A stretch of DNA of 59,691 nt, filler included, from Barthelona sp. PAP020 (Eukaryota): NCBI GenBank assembly GCA_040182905.1. It is 7 parts of 7 records of this genome, joined end to end, with 100 filler letters (N's around TTAATTAATTAA, not from the genome) between each part and the next. Parts side by side here need not be neighbours in the genome. Positions count along the whole stretch, not along the records: positions 34,247 to 42,668 come from JARQWU010000458.1; positions 42,769 to 51,183 come from JARQWU010000459.1; positions 51,284 to 59,691 come from JARQWU010000460.1; 4 more parts are not named here. One strand, 5' to 3'. A program made the translations under genes and the position numbers. This document shows, piece by piece, positions 40,508-51,954 of this stretch. How positions within the stretch are numbered: the stretch's first letter is position 1; each line of letters starts with the position of its first letter. The notes beneath the pieces are model-generated. The model ran no database searches. It was not told where the DNA came from and saw nothing but the letters and a program-made list of their open reading frames with translations.

Positions 40508-40924
40508 CTACAAATTAAATAACATTAAATTGCTTTCACTGGCAAAAAAAACAATCCAAAATAAATTCTTATTGATCGTTCTTTTGATGAGTATTGCTTT
40601 ACCTTATTGAGTTCATAATCATTGTATAGCCATAAAACTCTGAAAATTCATGGTTGAAAATAAAGATTTTTAGCCTTTGCTCCTTTTAATCATTATTTTG
40701 TTGTATATCAACTTTGATTGTTATTTTTATCAACAAATATAACAGCTTTCAAAATTAATATAATATTTGACTTTATCTTTCAATAATGAATACCACCATT
40801 GTAAATATTTTGAAAATTCAGTCGATTATATTAATAATAAATAAACAACAACTATTGAAGGATTTAATCAATTTTCTGAATTTTATCAAATTGTGTTTTT
40901 ATTGATATTACCATAACTTGTACA

Positions 40925-42436
40925 ATGAATTTAGATGATTTAGAGGCACAATTAGACGATATTGTTGTTGGAGAAACATTTATTGATGAGAGTTTTTTGG
41001 AAGACAATGAAAATGTTGATGAATCTTTTAATACTGATGATTTTGAAAAGGTTTTTGGTAATATTGATGTTAATGAAGATACTAATAAATCTATATATAA
41101 AGATCTAATTGATGACAATAAAAATGAAATATCTGACAATGAAGAAATTTATAACACAAAAGAATATTTGCAAAAAAATTCATTATTTTACTTTTACGAT
41201 AAAGAATTAGAAGATTTGATGTTTGATATTCATGATGTTGAGCAATTTTTAGTTGGATTCGATTATGATGAGACTATTGCGATTGAAGATTATCAAAATT
41301 CGATTATTTATCGATGTTTCGAAGAAATTCCGAATATTACTGAAAAACAATGTATACTTTTATTTTCTTATTATTATAATCATTTTTTTCCAGTTTCTGA
41401 TGATAATGTATCAATAATTAAGCATTTATGGACTTTATTAGGTGATTTTCATAAAATATCAATTAAAAATGTTGCTTTTGACCCCTTATTTATTGAAAAT
41501 ATTAATGTTTTGAAAAATTTACGAATTTTATTGGGCAACGCAATTAAATTGGGAGATAATGCAATACTGGTTATGTTTCAATTAGCTTTAATTAACAATT
41601 CATCTCTTCCATTTACATCTTTATTAGCTGAGAGTCAAAAACTGCTCTTTTCAACTCCAAATATTTGGTTGGAAATGTTCAAAGCAAGTATTCGCAATAA
41701 CACTGAAAATTTTGGAATAATATATGAGTTTCCAATAATGCCAATGGACGTGTCAATCATTGAGAATTCTGCCTTTAAATTTTTGGACATTCGAAAGATT
41801 GAGAATCAAAATCTCACGTTGCAAAATGCTCTACTGTTTAGATTCGAAAATTTTGAAAAGTTGTTGCGCAATAATTTTGACAATGAAAATATTGTGTTAT
41901 TGACAGATATTAACATGGATCGCATGGATATTGTTATTGATTTGATCAAAAAGACAATAAATTACAAAAGTTTATCATTCATTTGGAACAGCTTTGATGC
42001 AATTGAAAATAAATATTTTGACAGCTTAATAAGCATTCAAAATCACAGAACAAATGAAAAAGAAAAGTATAAAACTGACATTTTTTCATATACTGATGAG
42101 ATTCATTATAGTTTGGATGGAAAGAAGATTATTGAAAATTTTTCCTTTGATACTTCCCAAAAAGAATCATTTGAAATTAAATTTCCTTTGATTACACAAA
42201 ATAATTCATTAATTGTTGCTTCTAATGGTATTAAAATTGATAAAAAGATTATTCCTTTTGAAGCTATTAAGTGTGTCATTTATCCTCCTCAAATTACATC
42301 ATATCATCATTTAATCATTGCTTTAAAGTTTCCCTTTAAACCAAAACGAATCTCTTTTTTTGTTTATGAAGATGAAACCACAGAAAAAATCATCAAATCG
42401 TTCAAACAAAAAAAAATTATCATTCATTCAGTATAA
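40925..42436 (+). CDS. Hypothetical protein with acidic N-terminus
   Basis: 503-codon ATG ORF; the beta-rich C-terminus might be PH-like (unverified). Confidence 0.7.
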   Translation: MNLDDLEAQLDDIVVGETFIDESFLEDNENVDESFNTDDFEKVFGNIDVNEDTNKSIYKDLIDDNKNEISDNEEIYNTKEYLQKNSLFYFYDKELEDLMFDIHDVEQFLVGFDYDETIAIEDYQNSIIYRCFEEIPNITEKQCILLFSYYYNHFFPVSDDNVSIIKHLWTLLGDFHKISIKNVAFDPLFIENINVLKNLRILLGNAIKLGDNAILVMFQLALINNSSLPFTSLLAESQKLLFSTPNIWLEMFKASIRNNTENFGIIYEFPIMPMDVSIIENSAFKFLDIRKIENQNLTLQNALLFRFENFEKLLRNNFDNENIVLLTDINMDRMDIVIDLIKKTINYKSLSFIWNSFDAIENKYFDSLISIQNHRTNEKEKYKTDIFSYTDEIHYSLDGKKIIENFSFDTSQKESFEIKFPLITQNNSLIVASNGIKIDKKIIPFEAIKCVIYPPQITSYHHLIIALKFPFKPKRISFFVYEDETTEKIIKSFKQKKIIIHSV

Positions 42437-42549
42437 ATATTCATTCTTCTTTTGTTTTTGATTTTATAATCAATACAGTTTTCAAATGCCTTTGCACAAC
42501 AAACAAACAAAAAACAATTCATTTTTCATTTTACGTAACAAAACTGACT

Positions 42550-42668
42550 ATGTTGTTTTCAGAGGATGTTTTTAAAGGAATTGAAGAAGCATTGAAATAT
42601 ATTTCCAAACCAAACAGAGAGATTTTTGATGAAGAATTCAATCGACCATTAATCGATACTGCTGAGGT
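42550..42668 (+). CDS. 5' fragment of a gene cut by the contig end
   Basis: ATG at 42550; MLFSEDVFKGIEEALKY... stays open to the linker; preceded by TTCATT. Confidence 0.45.
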
Positions 42669-42768
42669 NNNNNNNNNNNNNNNNNNNNNNNNNNNNNNNN
42701 NNNNNNNNNNNNTTAATTAATTAANNNNNNNNNNNNNNNNNNNNNNNNNNNNNNNNNNNNNNNNNNNN
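42669..42768. other. Artificial contig linker
   Basis: N-TTAATTAATTAA-N, 100 bp. Confidence 0.99.
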
Positions 42769-42878
42769 CAATTTTTTAAGTTACTTGGGCATCTGAATCC
42801 ACGTGAGTTTTCCCCAAACCTTAAGCTAACTCGTTTCGTTGTTCACTGAACAACTCATACCTCATAAATATCTAATAA
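42769..42878 (+). repeat. Dispersed repeat family B, copy 2 (contig end)
   Basis: Near-identical to 34425-34536 apart from a few substitutions and small indels. Confidence 0.9.
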
Positions 42879-43689
42879 CATAACTATTTCAGTTTTACTC
42901 TCGATTTCAGTTACACCATGAATTTGACGAATGAAAGACAGATTGAGCTTAATGGAGACGCCTTGTTTGAGGAAATCGTGTTTATTTGGCTTATTGTGGA
43001 ATAACTTGATAGCAACAATGATTCCGTTTTTATTGTTTTTTTTTTTTTTTCTTTTTTTTCTTTCTTCATTAAAGATAATATTATAACATTTGATGTTTAA
43101 GAGATTGATGTTTGAAGAATTGTATCTTCATTTTTTCTTCCTAATGATATTCTCTGAGGTTGGGAATATTTGCCAACTTTCATTTAATAAAAATAAAGAT
43201 AATATCATTTTATTATCATCATTTTATCAAAACATTTTTGGTTCCCTTCAATCTGGAATCCAAAATTCTGTTGTGGACTTACAAAATTGAATTAAAGCAA
43301 ATTATAATTGATAGAAAGAAGCTTCTTTACTTTTTCCATGAAAGGGAACCGATTCTTCAGGGCTCCATTTCAAGAATTCCATTCTTTTTGGTGAAATCTA
43401 TGGAAACATGTTTTCTTGGTCTTCTTTCGCACCTAATTTATGAAGAGGCTTCACTGGCTAAATCTGATCTCTTTCAAATCTCTGAATTTTTTAGGTAAAA
43501 AATTGTGTGATTTCACAGAATTGATTCACGTAGAATGCAGAAAATTGTATTCAAGAGATTCAATTCAACAATGATACTTGTTTGATTATTTTTACACAAC
43601 AGTTAGAGTGAAAATTGTCTAAAAACATTCTCTTTGCATCGTTTGGGGAATAAAGCCAAATAAAAAATTATTATTGTTTATTGTTTTAA

Positions 43690-45306
43690 TTAAAAGGGAC
43701 GAACAGTAATCCAATCGAAATTCCATTCCAAAGGTTGTCCTAAATGACTAGTTGATTCGCCTACTGGTGTGTTATTCCAAGAAAAGGGTGGCATATGAGA
43801 ATTTGTCCCATTATTTGTTGGACCACCAATGATTCTGGATTCAAGTGAGGGAAGCATAGATGTGGAAGAACATTTTGCATCAACAGCACCATATGCTTGA
43901 GGAGAAAAATGCATAGGGTTATTATTGGGAATCAAATCCCATCTAGCAGCCAATTGATTGAATGGATAACCATCAGATAAAGGATCATTAACCCAGTTGT
44001 TGTCTCTCAACAAAACTCGAAGATCATCGAAATTTTTAACTTTTGGAAGATCTCTACTAAGTATTTTAAAACGTGGACATTCATCAAACTTGAACCAACT
44101 GCCATATTGTCCAAATTTCTTGTAATAATCAGCATAACCAATTTCAACCCAAGCTTCTTTGAAATAAGGAATATTGAAACCAGCAAACCAACCATCAGTT
44201 CTCAATGAAAAAGATAAATCTTGAATGAAAACATTTTTTGGAATTTGTTCAACAATAAATAGGGTGTTGTCCTTGATTTCTTGCCCTTTTGTGAATAAGT
44301 TATTATCCAAAACCAACCATTGATTGTTATGAGTTCCTGAATTATATTGTTTGAAATTATTTGTCCAATCTTTGCCAGATTTGGACAAACGATTAGCTAC
44401 CAAAACGCGGATCCAAGTAGGTATCGTTCCAATAGGGGTTAAACCCTTGTAAGGTGCATCATTCAATACTGGTAAGGAAGTTTCAAAAACAGAAAGCTTT
44501 GAACTCAAAAGATAGTAATCATCTTTTGAGCGTAAATCTCCAGGCTTCGAAGAAAATGAAACAGTAGTGGCAGCAGCATTGGAAAAAGGTAAATTAAAAT
44601 GCTTGAAAATTCTGAGCATGGCAGAATAACTGGTCCAAAGGTTATGTCCAAAAACAATATCCGATTTATCAGGTAATACGCGAATGACAGCTGTGCATTC
44701 AGACATAAGGGCTTGTTCCATACAAACTTCTTGAGGGAAACGATACCAATCACATCTTTGAGTGGGCAATAAAGCAGGAACAAGATCAGCTAATTCTCCA
44801 GCAGCAACCAAACTGAAAATGGTCCAATAATCCAAATCACATTCAAAATGATCAAAAAATCCTTGGATCAAACCTTCAGCTTGCAATATAGCATAATGAA
44901 CATGTTCCCAATATTGATTATTGACATTTTGTTCATAAGTGTCTTTTACCCATTGCATATTTTGTTTGAAAAACTTAACAATTTTGTCAGGAACTTTCTT
45001 ACCATCAAAATCATTCCTAAGAAGATTTAAAGCAGCCAAATATATATCTCCTGCAGTTGCAGAACCTTCAATGTAACCAGCAGCATAAGCAATATCTTCA
45101 TCTGAAAATTTTGAAGAACAATCAACAAAAAGATGATTCCAACCAGTTTCATTCCTTTCAACAGTAAATCTAATGTTACAAATAGCACTGTTATCACGTT
45201 TAGGTTGATAGATAAATTGGTTTTTAACTTTTGTAACAGAACCAACATAATCAGTGCTTGCTAAAGCAATCGACAACAAAACACAAAGCAATGCAATGAA
45301 GTTCAT
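43690..45306 (-). CDS. Phospholipase B-like lysosomal Ntn-hydrolase (PLBD family)
   Basis: Signal peptide; GWNHL, YAAGYIEG, nucleophile-containing ECTAVIR, MLRIFKHF, SKDDYY, NSGTHNNQW, GAVDAK. Confidence 0.93.
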   Translation of the reverse strand: MNFIALLCVLLSIALASTDYVGSVTKVKNQFIYQPKRDNSAICNIRFTVERNETGWNHLFVDCSSKFSDEDIAYAAGYIEGSATAGDIYLAALNLLRNDFDGKKVPDKIVKFFKQNMQWVKDTYEQNVNNQYWEHVHYAILQAEGLIQGFFDHFECDLDYWTIFSLVAAGELADLVPALLPTQRCDWYRFPQEVCMEQALMSECTAVIRVLPDKSDIVFGHNLWTSYSAMLRIFKHFNLPFSNAAATTVSFSSKPGDLRSKDDYYLLSSKLSVFETSLPVLNDAPYKGLTPIGTIPTWIRVLVANRLSKSGKDWTNNFKQYNSGTHNNQWLVLDNNLFTKGQEIKDNTLFIVEQIPKNVFIQDLSFSLRTDGWFAGFNIPYFKEAWVEIGYADYYKKFGQYGSWFKFDECPRFKILSRDLPKVKNFDDLRVLLRDNNWVNDPLSDGYPFNQLAARWDLIPNNNPMHFSPQAYGAVDAKCSSTSMLPSLESRIIGGPTNNGTNSHMPPFSWNNTPVGESTSHLGQPLEWNFDWITVRPF

Positions 45307-46054
45307 TTCTCGAAATTTGTTGAATTTGAAATTCTCAAACAGATTCTTGGGTCATTCATTTTCTGTTCTCAGTAAGGATGTTGTTTTTTTTCTTAATTTG
45401 GCAATTTGAGTTCTTAATAGGTCAAATTAACTCATGAATAAATATTATTAAAGTTATTTTTTAAAAAAAAGTTTTTCAACAAATATTTGGTTTGGGATAA
45501 TTCATGTGTTTAACTGCGGTTTAGTTATTTTTTGATTGTTTATGAGTAATTACTGCTAATTTGATTTTGAAAACAGTGAAGTTTGGATTATCTTTTTCCC
45601 TTTTTTGACTTCTTTTATTTAAATGGCACTATATATCATCAATTAGTATTTTGTTGTTTCTGGGATTTTGTTTTTGAAACCATTGAGATGTTTCACAGAT
45701 TTTTCACATGAATCCCTTTGTTGATGGATTAGACTATTGATTCCAGTTACTTGTATGTTGTCTTGTGTCAATTTTGCTATCTTCTATATGAAGAAACTCT
45801 TTAGAAAAAAGTCATCATGTTTGTGTTTTTGGTTAGTCTTCAATTCCAATGAGAACAAACATCCCAAAATAGCTAAAATCAAATAATTCAAAAACACTTT
45901 TATACTATTTGATGTGGATGAACAAACAAATTGAAAAAAGAAATCTCAATTTTGAATATAAAATGGACATGAAGCGTGGTTGAATTGAGAACTTTGAGTA
46001 AATGATGAATGATTTCTTTGAAGGATTTTTTTTTTTGACCATTTTTTTTATGTG

Positions 46055-46891
46055 ATGAAAGTTGCTTTGCTTTTGGTTGATCTTGGACGTATTGATCTTT
46101 TTGCAACTTTGAAAAATAGCATTTTTAAGTCTGTACATGAATTGATAATTTGTGTTGATATTCCAATGGTAAATTCTGCGAAATATAGAAAAATATCCAT
46201 AATAGAATATATTTATAATTGTATGTACAATGTTTTGCCGAATATTAAATGTGGTGTAATTTTTGACCCAAGTATTCTTCCTTCTTGCAATCATTATTTT
46301 ATAGTAGCCAATCAGATTGCCCCTACAAAATGGAAGGCACACAGAACTGATCATTGGCAGGCTATTGCAGTTGCTTTACGATCATCTTCCAACAATTTTG
46401 TTGCATCTTCTTTTTCTTCCCATGATATTGCAATTTTAGGAGGAACTTTTGATAAATTACATTATGGACATTGCCTTTTGCTTCATACTGCTGCCCTTTG
46501 TGCAAAGAACAAGATAGTTGTGGGAATCAGTGATGACGATTTGTTGCGAAAGAAAGCATATAAAAGTTTAATTGATCCATTATCAGTGAGGATTGAAGGA
46601 GTTGAACATTTCTTGAAATTAATCGCACCACGTTTAGAAGTTGAAATACAACCTATTAGTGATCCCATTGGACCTGCAGGCACAATAAGTGGTGATGTAG
46701 TATTGGTTGGAACTTCTGAGGTAATTGTGGGAATGAACAGAATAAATGACATCAGAAGAGAGAACAATTTGGAAGATTTGTTTTGTTTTGAAGCTCCTTT
46801 GGTTGTAGAAAAGATTCATGAACCAAATGGTGATTTAACTACAGTTGGAGACAAATTATCTTCTTCACAGATTCGAAGTTCAATGGTTTGA
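46055..46891 (+). CDS. Phosphopantetheine adenylyltransferase (eukaryotic Cab4/CoaD-type)
   Basis: LGGTFDKLHYGH (HxGH), ISDPIGPA, INDIRREN.L, KLSSSQIR; no dephospho-CoA kinase domain. Confidence 0.88.
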   Translation: MKVALLLVDLGRIDLFATLKNSIFKSVHELIICVDIPMVNSAKYRKISIIEYIYNCMYNVLPNIKCGVIFDPSILPSCNHYFIVANQIAPTKWKAHRTDHWQAIAVALRSSSNNFVASSFSSHDIAILGGTFDKLHYGHCLLLHTAALCAKNKIVVGISDDDLLRKKAYKSLIDPLSVRIEGVEHFLKLIAPRLEVEIQPISDPIGPAGTISGDVVLVGTSEVIVGMNRINDIRRENNLEDLFCFEAPLVVEKIHEPNGDLTTVGDKLSSSQIRSSMV

Positions 46892-47039
46892 CTTATTTTT
46901 TTGATTTTTCTTTCAATTTTATAAAATCTTTATTTATTTATTGTTATGATATTGCTTTGTGATCTGTTTCAAAATATTGATGAACTTGGAGTTGAGAAAA
47001 AAAAATTTTTTTTGGCGGTTCGATCGGAAATCCCCATTT

Positions 47040-48569
47040 ATGTCGTGGGAAAACTTCAAAGAAAACATTTGCCCTGTAACAAATGGGAGAGATGTTAAAC
47101 AAGTTGTTGAAATATTGCAAAAAAGAACATCTATTCAATCTCAACCAATTGATGAAGTTGTAGTACGTCGAGAAAAAGCTTTAAATAGTGATGAAGATTC
47201 TTTATTGAAGAATTGTATTGGCTTTATTAAATGGGTACAGGATTTCTATCCGGCACAACAAAAAAAAATTGTCAGTGAATTGGAGGCTGTCTTAAAAGAA
47301 ACAATGAAACATATCACTCTCAAGAATTCTGTTCGTCATGTAAAATTATGGTTGAGATACGCAAATCTTCACCGAGATCCACGCTTGGTCTTTCAATATA
47401 TGTGGTGTAACGACATTGGAAATAAATTAGCATTATTTTATGAAGCTTGGAGTGTTATTTTGGAGAATTTTAGTGATTATGAAAATGCTGAAAATGTAAT
47501 TTGTCGGGGGATTGAAGAGGAAGCTGTGCCAATTAAAACTTTGCATCAAGCATTAAGAAATCTAAAATTAAGACAATTACAAATAATTGAGGATGCAGAA
47601 GAAAGTATTAATTTGGATCAACAATTTATGGCAACCAATAGCAAACCAACTGAAACTTCAGGTAATTTTATTGTTATGGAAGAAGATGTTGGAGGTAACC
47701 CTTTAATTAAAGGAGTTTTAACAAAAGCACCTTGGATTTCATTGCAAAAGTTGTCCGACAGACAAGCTGAAAATCTTTCCACAAAATCTGAAATGAATAT
47801 TGTCAAAGATTTGGGAATGGACAAAGTTAAACCTCTTTTTACTGTGTATATGGATAGAAATGACAACAAGAAAACTCATGTTTCTTCTAAAAAGAAAGAA
47901 AAAGAAGATTTAAAGCAACAAGAATTCATCATGTTTTGTGAAGAGCTTCTTGGAGAAGATGCCATTTTTTGCTTTGAAGAAAAAAGGGCTCTCTTGAAAA
48001 AGTATGTGTTTAACATTGAAAATTCAAGTGTAAAAGAAGATAGTTCGGATGATTCAAGTATGGAAATTACAATACATGAAGATGTTTCAGGAAATTCAAG
48101 TATTTCTGGTATCAGTATTTTTGAAGATGAAAATATCAATGAAAATGTTTCTACATATCATGATTCACTTTCAGAACAATCATACACCAATTCATTTATA
48201 AAAATTAGCAAAAATCAAGAGAGTATTTTTAAGAAACCTTCGTTGACTTTAAATTCAGAAATACGTCCATTAAATTCAGGATTAAGACCTTTAAATTTAT
48301 TTAATCAACATTACAGTAATGATCATAGACCTTCAATGAAGAATGAACCTTCTTTTGACAATGAGGATTTGATTAATTCTTTTTCGGAAGAAGAACCTGG
48401 TGAAACAACGATTGATGTCAGAAATCATGTAAATAATCTTTTGACTCATGATATTCCTTTGATGACAAATCGAAAGAAAAACTATTTTGATGAAAAGCCT
48501 AAGCCTTTGTTATTCACTCCAAATCCTAATCAACAACAAACACCTTTTTTAGTTTATGAAGATAATTAA
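47040..48569 (+). CDS. Mad3/BubR1-like spindle checkpoint protein (no kinase domain)
   Basis: MSWENFKENICP..NGR (KEN1), TPR with IGNKLALFYEAWS, GLEBS-like FCFEEKRA, several ABBA-like motifs. Likely ATG at 47040. Confidence 0.88.
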   Translation: MSWENFKENICPVTNGRDVKQVVEILQKRTSIQSQPIDEVVVRREKALNSDEDSLLKNCIGFIKWVQDFYPAQQKKIVSELEAVLKETMKHITLKNSVRHVKLWLRYANLHRDPRLVFQYMWCNDIGNKLALFYEAWSVILENFSDYENAENVICRGIEEEAVPIKTLHQALRNLKLRQLQIIEDAEESINLDQQFMATNSKPTETSGNFIVMEEDVGGNPLIKGVLTKAPWISLQKLSDRQAENLSTKSEMNIVKDLGMDKVKPLFTVYMDRNDNKKTHVSSKKKEKEDLKQQEFIMFCEELLGEDAIFCFEEKRALLKKYVFNIENSSVKEDSSDDSSMEITIHEDVSGNSSISGISIFEDENINENVSTYHDSLSEQSYTNSFIKISKNQESIFKKPSLTLNSEIRPLNSGLRPLNLFNQHYSNDHRPSMKNEPSFDNEDLINSFSEEEPGETTIDVRNHVNNLLTHDIPLMTNRKKNYFDEKPKPLLFTPNPNQQQTPFLVYEDN

Positions 48570-48831
48570 TTGAAGAAAGAAATTTTTTTCCTTATTTTTT
48601 TCTTTTCTTTTTCTGTGTAAGTTTTATAATTGTTTTGTAGACTTTTATATTATTTTGATTATTTATAAATTGAGTTTTTCTTCTTTGTTATTTTATTTGA
48701 TTGGTGGCTTCACATAGTTCTTAGTCATATTAAACAATGTTTATGTATGATGAATCAAAAAAAAAAAATCTTCTTATTTATATCCTTATTTTCAAAAATT
48801 TATTTAAATATTTTAATCTTTATCAAAAATA

Positions 48832-49716
48832 TTAGAATCCTTGCAAAGTCTTTAGTTTTCTTTGATATATAGAAATCAAATCACATTCAACAAAATATTT
48901 TGGACTTTGTCGATACAAATTAACCTTTTGCTTGCATACTCTCTGAGTATTTTCTAATAAAGACCTCACAACAGAACGATCAAAAGAACCAATAGTCTTT
49001 TTATGAGTTTTAAAGTCTTCTTCAATTTTATCTGTTACAAAATATTCAACAGATGATGCATCTGCAAAATCAATTTTATGTAGGTGTTTGAACTTTCTGG
49101 ACTTGGAAAACTGATACTCAGTGGAAGAATTTCCAAACATTCCAAAAAGAGATGAAATAGCCACAAGAACAAAAATTACAATCATTGGGTTGCCAAATAA
49201 AAGACGCAAAATAAGATTTAACATCGAATTATTCCCTTGGGTGGTGTGGGAGCGATTTTGAGCAAATGAAAAATTGGTACCGAACATTTGCCGAAAAAGT
49301 TCTTCAGGGGTGATATATTCATATTGCGTTTGTCTGTATCCATGATTGTTCTGATGATGAGTATGGTTGGAAGCTTGAAAGAACGAATTGGCAGTGGCTG
49401 CAGAGCTACTTGATGAATATGAAGGGTTTCTTCTTGCCATATAATTATGATGACCCAAACGATCATATAATTTTCGTTCATCTTCATCAGAAAGCACTTG
49501 AAAAGCTTCAGATACACGAATAAACGCAGCTTCAGCTTTTGTTTCTTTATTTTTATCTGGATGTACTAAAAGGACTAGTTTCTTGTATGCTTTTTTAATT
49601 TCAGGTAAAGTTGATTCTTTTGAAAGGGCAAATAAATCGTAATAGTCATCGGCCGAAAAAACCTTATTAATAATTTCATTATAAAATGATGATGTTCTTT
49701 GTCGTCCAGTTGTCAT
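48832..49716 (-). CDS. DnaJ co-chaperone (DNAJB12/14-like ER membrane type)
   Basis: J-domain with HPDKN, ITPEELFRQMFG, one TM helix, lumenal C-terminus. Confidence 0.88.
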   Translation of the reverse strand: MTTGRQRTSSFYNEIINKVFSADDYYDLFALSKESTLPEIKKAYKKLVLLVHPDKNKETKAEAAFIRVSEAFQVLSDEDERKLYDRLGHHNYMARRNPSYSSSSSAATANSFFQASNHTHHQNNHGYRQTQYEYITPEELFRQMFGTNFSFAQNRSHTTQGNNSMLNLILRLLFGNPMIVIFVLVAISSLFGMFGNSSTEYQFSKSRKFKHLHKIDFADASSVEYFVTDKIEEDFKTHKKTIGSFDRSVVRSLLENTQRVCKQKVNLYRQSPKYFVECDLISIYQRKLKTLQGF

Positions 49717-49888
49717 GAAAATGAAAAAATTAAAAACAAAAAAAAAGTGTGATGGAATGGTGATTTTTGGTACATCAACGATTTTTGCATTGTTTGCACA
49801 TTTTTGAAAAATAGCGTCGATTTTTTTTTAAAAGATCAAAAATAAAAAGAAAATTTACAAACAAAATCATGTGAAGAATCCTCTTTAA

Positions 49889-50641
49889 TTAACTAGCTTC
49901 ACCAAGTATTGACAACAAATAAATGAACAAATAAACAATATCAATATACAATTCAGCACAAATTAAAGCCCAATCATCAGGATTTTCATATTGTTCAACA
50001 AGTCTTTGAGTATCAAAAATAATATAACATGAAAAAAGAACGCAATATAATACACAATAAAGTATGTACATACTTTTGAAAGTCCTGGCAGAACCAACAC
50101 CCCAAAAACAAATCCAAGTAATTGGATAACAGAAAAAGAGAGTCAAGGAGATCATCAATATTACAGAAAAGATAGTTGTCATTTGCCAACGTCTTTGCCA
50201 TGTCATAATTGTTAATCCAACAAAAATAAAAAGAGTCAATGCAGCAGCAGATAAAACCACAGGAGCTTGATAGAGTTTGCAAATAAGCCCAACAAAATAA
50301 CTTACACCCACTGTAAATGCAAATAATGAATATAAATTAATAGGATAATTATCCTTAAATAGGAAAAGAACAACTAACGATACCAAAATAACAACAACAT
50401 TAACAATTAAAATTGGAAAAGAAATGAGGAAACTTTTCTCTGGGATATTAAACATGAATGCACAAATAATAATGGTTACAAGCAATTGAAGAGATAAGAC
50501 TCCATACACTCTTCGGATAAATCCCATGTAAATTAGATCATCAACACTTAGATTTCCTTTGTCATTTTCGCTCTCTTGTGTAGCATCATAATATCCATCG
50601 GTAAGAAGAGTGTCACCATTAGTATTCACCGAAGCTTGCAT
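49889..50641 (-). CDS. TMBIM/Bax-inhibitor-1 (lifeguard-like) membrane protein
   Basis: GFIRRVYGVLSLQLLVT, YPINL, YIIFDTQ, LYIDIVYLF. Likely ATG at 50641. Confidence 0.92.
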   Translation of the reverse strand: MQASVNTNGDTLLTDGYYDATQESENDKGNLSVDDLIYMGFIRRVYGVLSLQLLVTIIICAFMFNIPEKSFLISFPILIVNVVVILVSLVVLFLFKDNYPINLYSLFAFTVGVSYFVGLICKLYQAPVVLSAAALTLFIFVGLTIMTWQRRWQMTTIFSVILMISLTLFFCYPITWICFWGVGSARTFKSMYILYCVLYCVLFSCYIIFDTQRLVEQYENPDDWALICAELYIDIVYLFIYLLSILGEAS

Positions 50642-51029
50642 GATCAATGTAAAAAAAAAAGTAAATGTTTTCAAAAGTCAACAATCTTCAATCAAAATCG
50701 TTATATTTTTTACTATCACTTGTTGGGATATAAATTAAACAAACGCATCAATAAAATGTATGAAATAAAAAGTTAAAGTTTTATTTTTGCTTTTTCCATT
50801 TCAATCTGAATTGTTCTCTCTTTCCCGTAAATTTTTCGACAAATAATACTGAAAAATGAACAAATCAATAATAATAATAGTTACAAGTCAAGATATGTTT
50901 TCTCTTTTGTCTTTCGATTTAAATTGTTCACACTTTGAATATTTACCATAATTTTTCCTTTACGAAAAAAGGAAGTGAAAAATAATAAATATAAAAAACG
51001 GAAAAACAAACATTTTCAAACCCAATTTT

Positions 51030-51183
51030 ATGCCACTTCACAAAGCACACACTTTTTACAGAGCGAATAAAGTTGCTCAAAATGTTCGAAGAAATGCTGA
51101 TCGAGATGCTGCAAGAACTGGTGATGTTGTTGTTGAAAAAAAAGATGTAACCGCAATGGAAGTACCAAAAGTAATTGTTGTTT
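51030..51183 (+). CDS. 5' fragment of a gene cut by the contig end
   Basis: ATG ORF MPLHKAHTFYR... stays open to the linker. Confidence 0.45.
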
Positions 51184-51283
51184 NNNNNNNNNNNNNNNNN
51201 NNNNNNNNNNNNNNNNNNNNNNNNNNNTTAATTAATTAANNNNNNNNNNNNNNNNNNNNNNNNNNNNNNNNNNNNNNNNNNNN
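51184..51283. other. Artificial contig linker
   Basis: N-TTAATTAATTAA-N, 100 bp. Confidence 0.99.
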
Positions 51284-51426
51284 AAATTGATCGAATCAGA
51301 AAGATGAGAAGCGATGATCTCAATTCAAAGAAGAGAGACAACAGTTTCAGAGTTGACAAATCTGCAAAATTAGACAAGTCAAGAATCGCTGCTTATACCA
51401 GTAGCCGGAGAAATAATAGACGTTGA
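51284..51426 (+). CDS. 3' fragment of a gene cut by the contig start
   Basis: Frame IDRIRKMRSDDLNSKK...RRNNRR* is open from the edge, with coding-like composition. Confidence 0.45.
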
Positions 51427-51587
51427 GACAGTTTATTACAGAATTAAATTTAGTAAAAAGTCTTTATATTTGGTTTTCATTTTTTTTTAGATTTTTGCGA
51501 ATGTTGAATGACACTGTATATTTGAACAATTTAAATTTATTGGTTTATTTTTAATCGAACACCCATATTTAATTGATATTTATAGCA

Positions 51588-51954
51588 ATGGCCAAGCCAA
51601 AACGTTTAAAGAGAAATAGAAAAACAAGAAGAAATTCCAAAATTGAAACAAAAGTCTTTTTACAACAAAAATTACAAGAATTGAAGGACACATACAAATG
51701 GTTCATTGAAGAATATGAAATGATAAATGAAATAGAAAAAAACCTGAAAGAATTTATTCCAATATACAATTTAACAGAAAACAACTATATTCACATTAAA
51801 GAACAAACAGAAATTGTTCATATTTTTTGATAAACTTGATTTGAAAAAAATACAAAAAGTTGCACAAAAAAAATTGGGAAAAGAAAAAATTCAATTGCTT
51901 AAAAAAACACAATTTGATGTTTCAATGTTAAATAAATGCAATGAAAAATCCTGA
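51588..51954 (+). pseudogene. Small basic protein with an apparent frameshift at a T6 run
   Basis: MAKPKRLKR... stops at 51830; deleting one T from 51823-28 extends the frame (DKLDLKKIQKVAQ...) to TGA at 51954. Confidence 0.4.

Noticed and set aside
43090..43510. Short ORFs between repeat B and the phospholipase B gene
   Set aside because: Non-ATG starts, no motifs and multiple stops on the opposite strand; at most decayed sequence.
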